Shown: one piece after another, positions 7,862 to 18,614 of the stretch
How positions within the stretch are numbered: the stretch's first letter is position 1
Layout: the number at the start of each line of letters is the position of its first letter
IMG/VR virus record: IMGVR_UViG_3300025131_000006
Reading direction: 5' to 3' (one strand)
Origin: a virus
Length of the DNA stretch: 64,000 nt
Position numbers and translations under genes: made by a program
The notes under the pieces: generated by a model
Told to the model about the DNA's origin: nothing
The model's database searches: none
The model's input: only the letters and a program-made list of their open reading frames with translations

Positions 7862-10800
7862 ATGTCCGAGCCTGTTGAAACAGTTGAGTCTCCTGATTTG
7901 AGTCCTTCTCCGGAAGCCCTTGATCAGCATGCATTTATGGAGCAGTACCACAAAGAGGATGGTCCGGGGGAGGGAGGGGAACATCAGGTGCGCGATCTGA
8001 TGCGGGATAACTCTTGGGTGCGAGCAGCACATCTTCCGGTGAATCACAGCGAAGCAGGATGGAAGGCGGGTCGAAGAATGCCAGAGGGCATTGATCCGGA
8101 GCACGGGGAGATGTGGGATGGTTTTCGGACAGCCAACAAACTCTCCGCTTTCCATGGAGAGGAGCCGATCCATCCAGATGATTACAGGGAGATGTTTGAA
8201 TCCGACAGGGAAGCACGGGATCAGCATCGTGAATCTGTTTCGGTCTCCGACGTTCTGGGGGGATTTGGCTTGGAGTTGGGGAGGAAGAGTAAGCTTGACT
8301 CCGAGCCCGTTCAAATGGTTTCGGAGGAGCTTGGTCGCCTCCAAGGGGCGGGGATGTCCTTGTCGTCTCCGGGTTATCGTGGGGCTATAAAGTTAGAGAT
8401 GCAGTCACCAGACGACGATCCTGAGTATTGGGCGTATGGCCTGTTGAGAGGTGAGTACTTACCAAAGAAACACGCAATCCGCGTTGACCGCAGCGGTGAG
8501 TCTTTCGCACATGAGTGGTTTCACGCGGTAGATGGCGACTTGGGTTTGCCGAAAAGTTGGTGGCGCCGGGCAGCGCAAAAAGTAAAGACGGCTTTTGATT
8601 TTACCAAATTTGCGGCATCTAATGGTCAAGGAGATAGGCCAGAGTCGAGACACTTAGAGAGCTTTGTGAAGTTCCTTTCGACGATACCAACTGTGCAAGA
8701 GAGATGGGATCGGTCTTATTCGACGGAGTCAAGACCTGGGATGTTGGATTGGTTGCAAGGGGATATGCCGGAAGATCCTGGAAAGGACTTGGCCGAGTAT
8801 ATGTTGTCTCCGCACGAGGTGTGGGCACGATTCGGGGCACAGTTGGTCTCATACAGGTCGGCTGTTGCAGTTGCTCAAGGTAGATTGGCTCACCCGACCT
8901 TGTTGGCAAACCCATACAGTGAGTTGTTGAAAGATCCAGGTCATTGGACACATGAGGAGTTCTCTCGCATCGTGAAAGTATGGGAGAGATCTCCTCTCTC
9001 GAAGATGTTGGAGTCGGGGATAAGAAAGGCTCTTGGGTTTGGGGTGTTCTTGAAGTCTGAGGGCGAGCAACTGTCGCTGCCGTTCTCTATACGGGCACAC
9101 ACTCCAGGTGGCAGTGCTCCGCCTGCTGTCTCGCCACCAACACCTGTTGCGGATTCACCAGGAAGTTCAGTCACTGAACATTCAGGGACGGGCGGTGCAG
9201 CAGTTTCCAACAGCACGACCACCGATTCCTCTCCTGAAGTACCAACGGAAATAGTCCCGCCAGAACTGACCGGGGAGTGGGAACAGGCGGGAGGTGGCGT
9301 GCGGCATCGCGTAAAGGGCTATGTTCCCGTTATGTCGCATCCAAAATACGAAGAGATCGATCTTCATCCAGGGGCTTCTGCGAACGCGAGAGCCCATGCT
9401 TATCGGAATCGACGGGTATTGGAGGAGCCGAAAGTTGTTGATCATATGCCAATCCATGAGTATGGACACAGCGGCCTACATCAGGAGCGGGGGTGGGACG
9501 ATATACCGGGCCGATCCATACATGATCTGGAGGAGATTAACCGCCGGGGTGTGTCGATGCAGCACAGGTATCCATCGGTGGCATCGGTCGAGTTTGAGCC
9601 GGAAGAGATCTATTCGGCGATGGATGGTTTGCAAGCAGAATTCGAGCATCGATTCCAATCACAGCTTGGGGTGGTTAATAAGCACAAATACAAGGCACAA
9701 GTTCCCGACCACGGATTTTCGTTTGCCAATGAAGAGTCTGTGCGGAGTCCGGCACAGGTGGCAGCGGCGACATCTGCTTCGCTGTGGACAGGCGGGAAGG
9801 TCGAATATGTGCGCAATCCGGACCTTTGGGACTCAAACGAACTCGACAAGGAGAGCGTGGGAGGTCCTGGTGGGTGGGAGGGAGAGAGGACGGAAGAGAA
9901 TTACAGGATGGCGCATCGGGTGATGACACAGTTGGCACAACGTCAGGGTGACGAGACAGTGTCAGTTGCTCGTGGGATGGCCATTCCAAGTCATCACGTG
10001 CCAGGGTTTTTGGACAAGATGGACTTGGGAGACATCTCAAGCTGGACCAAGGGAAGTAATTATCAGCCCACTATGACTTTTGTGAGTCATGCCTTGGATC
10101 ATGGGTTTTGGGACGAAAGTCACCTTGAGTCTTTTGAGCACCAGCTTCGGGAAGGGCTGGAGCAGTCGGGGAACTTTGAGGAAGGAAGCGACGAGGTAGA
10201 TCAATTACTCGAAGAATATTTCGAGCACCACGGCGGGCCATTGGGGAACAATGGTGATGCTGACATTTTTGTTGAATTGGACATGGACAGTGAGGTGCGT
10301 CACTTCCGAGAGAGTAATCTTGGGCATTACTCTTCTGGCATGGCAGCAGTCGTGTTGTTGGCCGATACAAATATTGGAACGACACTGAACCACATCTCAG
10401 CTTATCCGGGTGAGTGGGAGCATGTGCTCGGAGGAGAGGCCACGGTGCGCGACGTGCGAAGGATTCCCTCTTGGGATTCAGGTGAGTGGGACGAGGAAGA
10501 TTTTTGGGACCATGATGAAGATGATTATGCCGCTCGCGAAGATCACCCAGCGTACGGAGACACAGGAGAGAAATTTACGGAATTCACGGGTGCCAATGAC
10601 CATCTTGTAGGTGGTCTCGAAATTTACGTTATCAAAGTCGAAGTGGCGCCCAAGTCCGAAGTAAAGAAGGGTCTCTCTCAAAAGGAGAAGCCCAAGCCGA
10701 AGACGTTCCAAGATTGGGTGGATTGGAACTTGAATATAAATCTTCCTCGAAAAGGCAAGGAGGAGCCGAGCACGAACAAGGACGAGAGAAAAGAGCAGCC

Positions 10801-13285
10801 TGTTATCACCAAGGGACCGACTTGGTCGGGGCATAAGTTGCAAGGGCGTGCGAAGGTCGAGGGTATGGACATCTCGATCGAAAACGCTCGCGGCAGCGTT
10901 CGTTCCGGCGTGGACCCGGATGGGAACAAGTGGGAAACGAAGATGCGCGATCCGTATGGGTATATCCGTCGGACACTTGGCGTGGACGGTGACCACTTGG
11001 ATTGTTTTTTGGGACCGCTTGCTCGGCGCCAAGCCGCAGGAGAGGATGTCGAGATCCCAAAGGTGTGGGTTGTTCATTCAAGAGACATTGAGACGGGTAA
11101 ATACGACGAAGACAAGGTGATGTTGGGGTACAAGGGGAAGAGCGAGGCTGTTTCTGCATTTCGGCATCACTATACTGACCCGGACCAGCACATAGGTCCG
11201 GTGTCCGAGTTCACGATGGAAGAGTTCAAGCATCGGATCTCCGACACGATGGAGAACCCGCGAAGATTGGGTCGTGGACGCTGGGTTAGAAAGTCGGAAG
11301 ATGAGTCGCGGGCTCCAAGCTCTCCCTTCTCTGCCAGTGATGCTTCGCAGAGGGCACCGTACCACGTCCAAGACGAGCCCTATAGAGCACCCCAGGCCCA
11401 CGCACCGACCCAGGACGCAAACACGTCGTGGCAGCCCCATTGGGCTGCTGTGGCCCCCACCGCAGAAGCACCGACGGAAGACAACGTGCCCAAAGAGGAA
11501 CTTGTCCCACAAGAAGAACCCCCTCACGCACCGTGGCGTCACATCAGCTTGCCCCACGAGGAATTATGGGAGGAGACGGCATACGGGGAGACGAACCAAG
11601 CTGAAGCGCAGCTTGATACAGGTGATATACAAGACGAGACGTTTGCACCCGGACCTGAATTCCCAGGACAAGACGACAATCAGGCGTCCGACGACAACGA
11701 AGAGAGTGCTCCGGCAGACCCGAAGCCGACTCAAACGCCAGCGTCGAGGACTCGATTCGCTGCTCAAGAGGCTCGTGAGTCTCGTGCCAAAGCATTCAAA
11801 GAGCAGCACAAGGGCTACGAGATACCGAGCTTGACAGAACTTTTGCATCACAACGAAGAGTACGATCACGACATCCACGTGAGCCGTGGGTGGTTTGGCC
11901 AGACTTATGTGGACAACAAGTGGAGTCCAGAGGGAGGAAGTCAAGGTCAAGTACTCGTGAAGTACGGGATTATGTCAGAAGAGGAGCAAGCCATTGCCAC
12001 GGAAGTGGGGGAGTTGGGGATTGGCCCGGTGGTTTTGGACTCCCACGCGGGTCTCGTAGACATCGATGCCAACAGTCCAGGTGTTCGGCAGCTAGAGAGC
12101 TACATCAGCCAAATGCGAGATCGTGGGATTGTCCGGGGCGACTCCGGGGCAGAGCACGAAGGGATGGGGTTGAACACAAACCATCCGTTTGCTGTGCCGG
12201 ACAGCGGGCGCCATAACCGACGAGCCCACTTGGGAGATGCCCTTGACGAGCACAGGGGCGAGTATGACTTCGACATCGAGGAGCGTCGGAATGAGCTTTT
12301 CGAAGGCACGTTGGGGTCTTTGGGCATTGAAGCATACAATGACGATGACCTGATGGCGGATTACGAGCCAAAGGATGTTTTGTATGAAGTGCAGGGGATG
12401 GAAGAGGATGACCCCGACGCTCCTTATAACTCAGACATCTATTGGGGAGAACCGGAGTTCGGTGCCTACTTGGCGGATGTGGTTCGCATGGTGGGTGGAG
12501 ATGAGTATGCAGTCGAAGATGTGGAGCAGACGTACGAAGAGTTGATGGAGATGCAGCGCTTCGCGGACGGCGAAACGAACGGAGACCTGGACGATCACGT
12601 GTTGGAGGCGGGCTTGGAGATGGGCTTGTACCACACGACGTCGATGCTTGAGCGAATCCGGAGCTTACTTAACATAAACAAGCTCCCTGTTGAGAACTTC
12701 CAAATGGGCGCTCGCATGGCGATGGAGTACTTGGAAGGGTACGAGCCGGTGGATGGTCTCTTCGGGGATCAGTACAGTTTCGACTCCGGCGACGTGGAGC
12801 CAGAGACAGCGGACGACGCGGACAAGTGGGTGCGGGCGAGCTTGGGCATCTTGGATATGATGTCCATTTTTCACGGAGAGGGCCTGACCCACGGAGATTT
12901 ACACACGTATAACGTGATGTGGGACGGAGAGGTGGGGCGTTTGATTGATTTCGGGATGGCGCAACGGTACGACCAAGACTCATTGGATTGGGGAGCCTAC
13001 CAGAACTTGCTTGTGAACTTACAGAAGGGTCTGAAGACGATGAGCATGCGGGGAGCAGCGGAGGCGGGCTTGTCGGGAGACAGTCGGATTGCAATGGAAG
13101 CCGGGATGCACAATCTTAGACAAGAGGTCAATGAGCTTGCAGGCAAAGTCACGGATGCACTGACGGACGCTCCAAGAGGAAAGCAGCGGCTGACTATGTA
13201 CTATGGCGACTTTGCCGAGATGGTTCGCGAGAAGACCTTGGATGTCTCCCAAGCGTACCATGAGCTACGATCGAAGTATCTGTAA
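7862..13285 (+). CDS. large polyvalent protein: zincin + ADP-ribosyltransferase + inorganic pyrophosphatase + protein kinase-like domain
   Basis: FAHEWFHAVD..EVWARF (zincin); ARGM..ISSWT..EWEHVL (R-S-E ART); ISIEN.RGS.RSG.D.DG..W....YGYIRRT.G.DGDHLD..DEDKVMLG (polyvalent-type PPase); MEYLEG..HGDLHTYNVM..IDFG (kinase). Alternative GTG start at 7850. Confidence 0.85.
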   Translation: MSEPVETVESPDLSPSPEALDQHAFMEQYHKEDGPGEGGEHQVRDLMRDNSWVRAAHLPVNHSEAGWKAGRRMPEGIDPEHGEMWDGFRTANKLSAFHGEEPIHPDDYREMFESDREARDQHRESVSVSDVLGGFGLELGRKSKLDSEPVQMVSEELGRLQGAGMSLSSPGYRGAIKLEMQSPDDDPEYWAYGLLRGEYLPKKHAIRVDRSGESFAHEWFHAVDGDLGLPKSWWRRAAQKVKTAFDFTKFAASNGQGDRPESRHLESFVKFLSTIPTVQERWDRSYSTESRPGMLDWLQGDMPEDPGKDLAEYMLSPHEVWARFGAQLVSYRSAVAVAQGRLAHPTLLANPYSELLKDPGHWTHEEFSRIVKVWERSPLSKMLESGIRKALGFGVFLKSEGEQLSLPFSIRAHTPGGSAPPAVSPPTPVADSPGSSVTEHSGTGGAAVSNSTTTDSSPEVPTEIVPPELTGEWEQAGGGVRHRVKGYVPVMSHPKYEEIDLHPGASANARAHAYRNRRVLEEPKVVDHMPIHEYGHSGLHQERGWDDIPGRSIHDLEEINRRGVSMQHRYPSVASVEFEPEEIYSAMDGLQAEFEHRFQSQLGVVNKHKYKAQVPDHGFSFANEESVRSPAQVAAATSASLWTGGKVEYVRNPDLWDSNELDKESVGGPGGWEGERTEENYRMAHRVMTQLAQRQGDETVSVARGMAIPSHHVPGFLDKMDLGDISSWTKGSNYQPTMTFVSHALDHGFWDESHLESFEHQLREGLEQSGNFEEGSDEVDQLLEEYFEHHGGPLGNNGDADIFVELDMDSEVRHFRESNLGHYSSGMAAVVLLADTNIGTTLNHISAYPGEWEHVLGGEATVRDVRRIPSWDSGEWDEEDFWDHDEDDYAAREDHPAYGDTGEKFTEFTGANDHLVGGLEIYVIKVEVAPKSEVKKGLSQKEKPKPKTFQDWVDWNLNINLPRKGKEEPSTNKDERKEQPVITKGPTWSGHKLQGRAKVEGMDISIENARGSVRSGVDPDGNKWETKMRDPYGYIRRTLGVDGDHLDCFLGPLARRQAAGEDVEIPKVWVVHSRDIETGKYDEDKVMLGYKGKSEAVSAFRHHYTDPDQHIGPVSEFTMEEFKHRISDTMENPRRLGRGRWVRKSEDESRAPSSPFSASDASQRAPYHVQDEPYRAPQAHAPTQDANTSWQPHWAAVAPTAEAPTEDNVPKEELVPQEEPPHAPWRHISLPHEELWEETAYGETNQAEAQLDTGDIQDETFAPGPEFPGQDDNQASDDNEESAPADPKPTQTPASRTRFAAQEARESRAKAFKEQHKGYEIPSLTELLHHNEEYDHDIHVSRGWFGQTYVDNKWSPEGGSQGQVLVKYGIMSEEEQAIATEVGELGIGPVVLDSHAGLVDIDANSPGVRQLESYISQMRDRGIVRGDSGAEHEGMGLNTNHPFAVPDSGRHNRRAHLGDALDEHRGEYDFDIEERRNELFEGTLGSLGIEAYNDDDLMADYEPKDVLYEVQGMEEDDPDAPYNSDIYWGEPEFGAYLADVVRMVGGDEYAVEDVEQTYEELMEMQRFADGETNGDLDDHVLEAGLEMGLYHTTSMLERIRSLLNINKLPVENFQMGARMAMEYLEGYEPVDGLFGDQYSFDSGDVEPETADDADKWVRASLGILDMMSIFHGEGLTHGDLHTYNVMWDGEVGRLIDFGMAQRYDQDSLDWGAYQNLLVNLQKGLKTMSMRGAAEAGLSGDSRIAMEAGMHNLRQEVNELAGKVTDALTDAPRGKQRLTMYYGDFAEMVREKTLDVSQAYHELRSKYL
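9165..9179. repeat. 15-bp palindrome, site 4 (inside CDS linker)
   Basis: GTTCAGTCACTGAAC encoding SSVTEH. Confidence 0.9.
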
Positions 13286-13302
13286 CCAAACCAGGAGCAA
13301 GA

Positions 13303-13521
13303 ATGAATCCCAAGCGAGAACGAAGCCCCCAGGCCATCGCAGCCCAGATCTTGGGAGAGCGAAAGATGTTGGTGCGCGAGCTTCGCGGCACAGATAAGAG
13401 CGAACACCCTGAGCGATTTCAAGACCTGACCGACAAAATTAGTGCTTTGACGAAGAAACTGTCTGAGCTTCCGGAGAAGCCGACGTCGCGGACGATTCAG
13501 GCCGCTCTGATGTCGAACTGA
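13303..13521 (+). CDS. small helical protein downstream of polyvalent gene
   Basis: 72 aa, AGGAG RBS. Confidence 0.7.
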   Translation: MNPKRERSPQAIAAQILGERKMLVRELRGTDKSEHPERFQDLTDKISALTKKLSELPEKPTSRTIQAALMSN

Positions 13522-13530
13522 GGTGCAGTG

Positions 13531-14766
13531 ATGAGTCCAAAAGACGGTGGTTTTGGGGTATTGCGTAAGAGCGAGGAGCACGACAGCTTCCAGTCGAGCA
13601 GTTATGCCGTACCAAGGGAGCAGATGACGTGGCGTCCTCCCACGCCGAATATTCCGGGCCGCCCTGTTTCGCCTCCAAGTGGGCAGCCCCAGGAACAGGC
13701 CCCGATCACTCCGCCCCCGGTGCAGCCCGGCACAGAGACTCCGACTCCAGAAGACGCTGCGTCGATGCCGAGCTTTCACGATCGTGATCATGGATGGATG
13801 TCGCATCTGTTGCCATCCCAGGAGCATGCGAACAATATGCCGGGGCATACGAAGATGGACAGCGACCAACTTTACATGCACCACAGCTTCGCAAGGCCAT
13901 TCACCGATCTGTCCCAGTTTGATGGTGTGGACTCCAGAGTTGAGCACCGAACTGTACAGATGGGTGACAGGGAGTTCCACCAAGCCAAGGGAGACTTGTC
14001 GCACGAGGCGGTCCACATGGGGAGCTTTGAGAGGCGTTTGGAGCGGGGCCTTGACGGTGGTTTGGAGTTGCACAACGAGCACATGTTGGTGAACCCAGAG
14101 TTCCGGGGCAAAGGGTATTCTTCCCAGTTTTATGCACGCCAAGAAGACTACCTCCGGCAATTGACACAGCACTTGCCGGAGCAAGAGAAAGCAAAGACGC
14201 GGGTCACAATGTTGGCGGATGTGGTGATCGGTCGATACCAATGGATGACGCAGGGGTATCGATTCTCCGATCATGCGACTCGTTCAGACGTCGTGCGCAG
14301 TTGGCATTCTCAATTGGAAGACCTGTTGGCGGGTCACGCGGGCATCGTGGGTCCGGAGGCGGGCAAGAAGAAAAAAGATGTGACGTGGGGCGACTTGCAG
14401 TCGATGGAGCCGAGGTCGTTGGATGACTTGGGGCTCCGCGAGTCTGCGGAGGAGTTGCGGGATAAACTGTGGGACGCACAATATGACGAGAACATCGAGC
14501 CGTGGGACTTGTTGGCGATGGATCCTGGACACCGTTTTTTGATGAGGGCTTATTCGCAGACGGACGAGCAGAACGTTGTGCCGGGCTCGCTGATCAAGTT
14601 CTTGGCGTTGTGTGGTCCGGATTGGTCTGCGGTCAAGTACGTTCATGGTCCCACCGAGAAAGACCAAGAGGGCATCGAGTTCGGCGACGAGCGGCGCCAT
14701 CGAATGGCACAGCACGCCCATCGTTCGGGTCGCCCGTGGGGGTGGTTGCAGTCGCAAGACAAATAA
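13531..14766 (+). CDS. GNAT-family acetyltransferase domain protein
   Basis: VNPEFRGKGYSSQF (acetyl-CoA motif A), then ADVVIGRYQW..QGYRF. Confidence 0.75.
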   Translation: MSPKDGGFGVLRKSEEHDSFQSSSYAVPREQMTWRPPTPNIPGRPVSPPSGQPQEQAPITPPPVQPGTETPTPEDAASMPSFHDRDHGWMSHLLPSQEHANNMPGHTKMDSDQLYMHHSFARPFTDLSQFDGVDSRVEHRTVQMGDREFHQAKGDLSHEAVHMGSFERRLERGLDGGLELHNEHMLVNPEFRGKGYSSQFYARQEDYLRQLTQHLPEQEKAKTRVTMLADVVIGRYQWMTQGYRFSDHATRSDVVRSWHSQLEDLLAGHAGIVGPEAGKKKKDVTWGDLQSMEPRSLDDLGLRESAEELRDKLWDAQYDENIEPWDLLAMDPGHRFLMRAYSQTDEQNVVPGSLIKFLALCGPDWSAVKYVHGPTEKDQEGIEFGDERRHRMAQHAHRSGRPWGWLQSQDK

Positions 14767-14781
14767 TCTCTGTCTATATAT

Positions 14782-14997
14782 ATGGGAACACCGCACCACG
14801 GGAGAGGGAAAATGGAAGATTGGGAACGGAGAGCACGGCAGAGGATTGAAGAGGGAACATACAACGACGGCTTCGGATGGTCCGACATCGGGGGCTTTAC
14901 GGCGAGCGAGTTGCGGACTCTGCGCGAGCAACACGAGGAAGCCGAAAAATCCCTTAGAGATGCGGATGATCCGGGTGTTCTCGAAGAGAAAGATTAG
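14782..14997 (+). CDS. small acidic protein
   Basis: 71-aa ORF directly after the GNAT gene; true start may be the internal ATG (MEDWER). Confidence 0.55.
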   Translation: MGTPHHGRGKMEDWERRARQRIEEGTYNDGFGWSDIGGFTASELRTLREQHEEAEKSLRDADDPGVLEEKD

Positions 14998-15048
14998 ATC
15001 GCAGAACTTGCAATAACGGGCATGGGTGTATTATAAGATTGACGTGGG

Positions 15049-15063
15049 GTTCAGTCACTAAAT
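15049..15063. repeat. 15-bp palindrome, site 5
   Basis: GTTCAGTCACTAAAT (1 mismatch). Confidence 0.85.
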
Positions 15064-15084
15064 TCTCACCCCAAGGTGATTCCA

Positions 15085-16716
15085 ATGCCCATAGAAAATC
15101 CATCGTCACAATCTTTGCCAAAAGCAGGAGTCGTGCCTGCACCGGGTTCCGGGTTTGGAGTTGTTCCGAAAGGGGATGGTACGTCGCGACCTCCAACGTC
15201 GCCAAAGATTGAAGTGGGGGAAGACCTCAGTGTTTCCGATCCATCGGGGTTTGGAGTGCAGTCTCGAAGCCAGGATGTTCGAGGATACGCCCATCCGTCT
15301 GTGCCTGTGCCAGGAGCACAGAGCTTGGAGGAGACGAAGCAGCCGAATATTCCTGTAACAAATGAAAACTTGCCAGGAGAGCGTATCTTCCCCAGTGGTT
15401 ATCCTGCTCCGGCGGATGGGTTGCCACCTGTAACGCCGGAGCAGCTAGAGGCGGACTACCATCAGTTTATGGATAACAGAAGAGCAGACTTGGAGCAGGC
15501 CATACTCCAGGCCAACAGTTCTATTGATCCGCACTCGGATCACTATTCTCGTGTTTTGGAATACGAGCTTTTGGACCATGATCTGAATACGCACGTGGCG
15601 GGATATGCTCATCGTGAGAGACAGGGAGAGAGCCCAACTCAAACGATGGATCAGGTGATGGAGGAGAAAGAGAACGTCAGGAAAATGCACAAGTTGGAGG
15701 CGGAGATTCGAGAGAATGCACCGGATCTCCAGCTTCATGTAAGACAGCACAGCATACCACGGGGCCAAAGCCAATCTGTGTTGAGGGGTTTGGCCGACAA
15801 GACCACGGGTCACGGCACTCCGTGGATGCGAGGGTCGTTTTACAGCTTGTCTCCGCAAGATCAGGATATGTTGGAGGCGATTGCTCTGTTTACAGACGGG
15901 GCCTTTACGAAAGGGCTGCGTGACCCTCATCTTATGGCAGCCGATAATCAACGGGACTCGTTCAGGGGCGTTGTGTCAGGTGCTCGCTTTGCCGACGGAT
16001 CGAGAGTTCAGTTTCACCCGACAAGCAGGGGCTATGTGAAGGCTCACCAAATACTCCGAGAGCTAGGGGCCTCTCCGTACGAAGCAGAGGACGGTGCTTT
16101 GTTTCGCGGAATGACCTTACCGGTAGAGACGATAGAGCATCTCTTGGACGGCGACGAATTCGATCTCCAGGGCGTGAGTTCTTGGACGGATAGCCGAGCC
16201 GATGCTTTGGATTTTACAGCAGGGACTCGACATCCCGGTGTGTTGTTTGTGTTGGAGGAGCCGAAGTGGGGAACAAATATATCGAGATTGAGCAATTTTC
16301 CTCGCGAACGAGAGACAGTCGTGGGTGGTCGTGTCCAGGTGGTGTCGTCTGAGATGTCTGTCCATAACGATGTTCACGTGATTCGCGTCACACACATAGG
16401 GCAGCCGGAGAGCATTATGAAGTCAAAAGATCGTGAGCCAGGACACTTGGACGTTATCGAGCGTGAGTTCCAGCAGATAATGCCTCACCAGCGTAGGAAT
16501 CGCATGGATAGAGAGATGGCACGACGTGCTCAAGCAGAAGAACAAGAGGAGTCGGGCTTCGGTGTTGTGACTCGTGATTCTGAACAGGAAGACGAGGAGA
16601 AGTCTCTTGCGGGGGTTTCTCGGCATATGGTGCAGAGGTTGGCGAAGGAGTCTGTGCGAAGACGCGGGCTTCAGCCAAAGCCCGATGGAGTTTCGGCAAA
16701 GCCACCGGTCACGTGA
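15085..16716 (+). CDS. ADP-ribosyltransferase domain protein
   Basis: LFRGM..GVSSWT..NISRLSNFPRERETVVGG; similar to the ART in 7862..13285. Confidence 0.8.
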   Translation: MPIENPSSQSLPKAGVVPAPGSGFGVVPKGDGTSRPPTSPKIEVGEDLSVSDPSGFGVQSRSQDVRGYAHPSVPVPGAQSLEETKQPNIPVTNENLPGERIFPSGYPAPADGLPPVTPEQLEADYHQFMDNRRADLEQAILQANSSIDPHSDHYSRVLEYELLDHDLNTHVAGYAHRERQGESPTQTMDQVMEEKENVRKMHKLEAEIRENAPDLQLHVRQHSIPRGQSQSVLRGLADKTTGHGTPWMRGSFYSLSPQDQDMLEAIALFTDGAFTKGLRDPHLMAADNQRDSFRGVVSGARFADGSRVQFHPTSRGYVKAHQILRELGASPYEAEDGALFRGMTLPVETIEHLLDGDEFDLQGVSSWTDSRADALDFTAGTRHPGVLFVLEEPKWGTNISRLSNFPRERETVVGGRVQVVSSEMSVHNDVHVIRVTHIGQPESIMKSKDREPGHLDVIEREFQQIMPHQRRNRMDREMARRAQAEEQEESGFGVVTRDSEQEDEEKSLAGVSRHMVQRLAKESVRRRGLQPKPDGVSAKPPVT

Positions 16717-16731
16717 GTTTAGTCACTGAAC
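16717..16731. repeat. 15-bp palindrome, site 6
   Basis: GTTTAGTCACTGAAC, abuts TGA stop. Confidence 0.9.
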
Positions 16732-16759
16732 GTTCACGCCTCACCAGGAGAGCACAGCA

Positions 16760-17011
16760 TTGTTGGGAAAGCCATGGATGATCAAGAACGTGCAAAAGCG
16801 ACGGTTTGGTGCATCAAGCCAGTACATCGTCATCCAATGCCAGGCACCTCACGACATAGAGGTTGCAACCCAAGTCGGAGATTCTGTCGAGAAAGCGGAG
16901 GGAGAGAACTTTTATTTGGCGTTCACGGAGAACGAGTTTGTTCGGGCTTGCAGCCGTGCGTCGCAAATGTCTTCGGACATCGAAGAGTTTTTCGTGGAGC
17001 CCACCGAATAG
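16760..17011 (+). CDS. small hypothetical protein
   Basis: 83 aa, AGGAG RBS upstream. Confidence 0.6.
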   Translation: MLGKPWMIKNVQKRRFGASSQYIVIQCQAPHDIEVATQVGDSVEKAEGENFYLAFTENEFVRACSRASQMSSDIEEFFVEPTE

Positions 17012-17085
17012 TTTTCGGTGATGGGCTGTGCTAGTATGCTCTTGGGGTCCAGGGGCGTTTCTTGGGGTGATAGCGAGACGACACG

Positions 17086-18609
17086 ATGGCACTAACAGAT
17101 CTGAGTATATATTTGGAGCCTCCGCAAGTCCAGGGCACTATGTTGCCCTCAGACGGCTTAATAGAGTTCTCGCGAAACGAGCGTGGTCGGGAGACGGTCA
17201 AGTTACGCCTGATGCCGACTCCCAATGATGGGACGAACACAGGCGAGATCGTCACAATCAAGATGTTCAAGAGCCGCCGGGACGGAACCGAAGAGGTCAC
17301 CCAGGCTCGCAAGACTTTTACGTTTTCGGGCGCCACCCCAATGGGAGGAGCCGAGGTCTCGTGGGACTTGCGCGAGATCGTGTACGATACCAAGAATCTG
17401 TTCCCGGTGGTTCGCCGAGGCGATTACTTCTTTGAGGTCACCCACACGGGTCCGGTCGCGTCGTCGCTGACGAAGTTATCGGACGTGTTCCGCGTCGCGC
17501 TGATGACGTCGGATCGTTTGGAGGCCGAGTGGCTGCGGGGAACGACTCGCAGGTCCAATGACGATCGCGGTGTTCGATTCCAGCCCAAGATCATTACGGG
17601 AGTCCGGGTGATAGAGGTGTCCAAGTCATATCCGTTGGACCTATATCCTCTTCGCTTGGTGAAAGGAAAAGAGGCGACGCCCGTTTGGTTTCTCTCGTGG
17701 GATGGAGGTGAACTGATTCGGTTGGACACCTCTATTACGCAGGCGGCGATCAATGCTTCGTATATTCTTCCTAATCGAACGCAGCAAGACTATATTGTCG
17801 TTCAAGTCGATCCACGACTGCTCCCGACATCGGACACGACAGAACAGTTGATGGTCGATCGGGAGTTGTTGGACCGGGATTCGTTGCGGCGTTGGATCGA
17901 CGCAGAGTGCCAATGGTTAGAGGAGTCCTATTTGCACACGCCGATTGAGCCTGCTTTGTGTGTTTCTGATATGGGAACCTCATTGTCTGGGTTGGGCTCC
18001 ATGGGTCAAGGTTCCGCGTTGACGTCGCTGCCGAACAACAACGATTACGACTTGTTGGGTCCGCCGATTACAATGGAAGACCTGAAGCCTGGTCAGTGGA
18101 TCAATATGCGTGTGCCGTTTGGTTACCCTTTGGAGTGGGAGTACTTTGAGGGTGCCCAGGAGAATCGTCGAGTTGTCAGTGTGCGGGTAGACGCTCTGCA
18201 CACGGGCATTGGGCATCATGTGGAGTTGGTGCCATTTACGAATGCAACAGCATACCAATTCATTGGTTTGCACCTGATGAGTGCCTTGTATAGCCCAAGG
18301 ACGCTGCCGTCGTTCTGGCGTTACAGGTATTGGGCGGGCATTCCGAACCCTGTAACGCCAATGCCGATCATCGAGATCATTGGGATGCGGGCAGCGGTTA
18401 AGGCATTGATGGTCTTGGGACAGATGTTCCGAGGTGGGTATTCGAGCTTGTCAATGTCACGGGATGGGGTCCATCAGTCGGCGAGCTTCACATCTTCGGC
18501 GATGTATGGGATTTACAGTGCGACTATCGAGGGCTTGGAGAAGCGTTTGCAAACCTTGCAGTTGCAGTTGAAGCGAAAGTACTTTGGCATTTATGCGGAC
18601 GTGCTCTAG
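17086..18609 (+). CDS. putative head-tail adaptor/neck protein with N-terminal extension
   Basis: C-terminal GYSSLSMSRDGVHQSASFTSSAMYGIYSATI...LKRKY resembles large-myovirus neck proteins. Confidence 0.55.
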   Translation: MALTDLSIYLEPPQVQGTMLPSDGLIEFSRNERGRETVKLRLMPTPNDGTNTGEIVTIKMFKSRRDGTEEVTQARKTFTFSGATPMGGAEVSWDLREIVYDTKNLFPVVRRGDYFFEVTHTGPVASSLTKLSDVFRVALMTSDRLEAEWLRGTTRRSNDDRGVRFQPKIITGVRVIEVSKSYPLDLYPLRLVKGKEATPVWFLSWDGGELIRLDTSITQAAINASYILPNRTQQDYIVVQVDPRLLPTSDTTEQLMVDRELLDRDSLRRWIDAECQWLEESYLHTPIEPALCVSDMGTSLSGLGSMGQGSALTSLPNNNDYDLLGPPITMEDLKPGQWINMRVPFGYPLEWEYFEGAQENRRVVSVRVDALHTGIGHHVELVPFTNATAYQFIGLHLMSALYSPRTLPSFWRYRYWAGIPNPVTPMPIIEIIGMRAAVKALMVLGQMFRGGYSSLSMSRDGVHQSASFTSSAMYGIYSATIEGLEKRLQTLQLQLKRKYFGIYADVL

Positions 18610-18614
18610 GAGAG

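Noticed and set aside
13277-13291. Degenerate palindrome TATCTGTAACCAAAC at a gene junction in the largest gap
   Set aside because: Four mismatches to consensus; not counted
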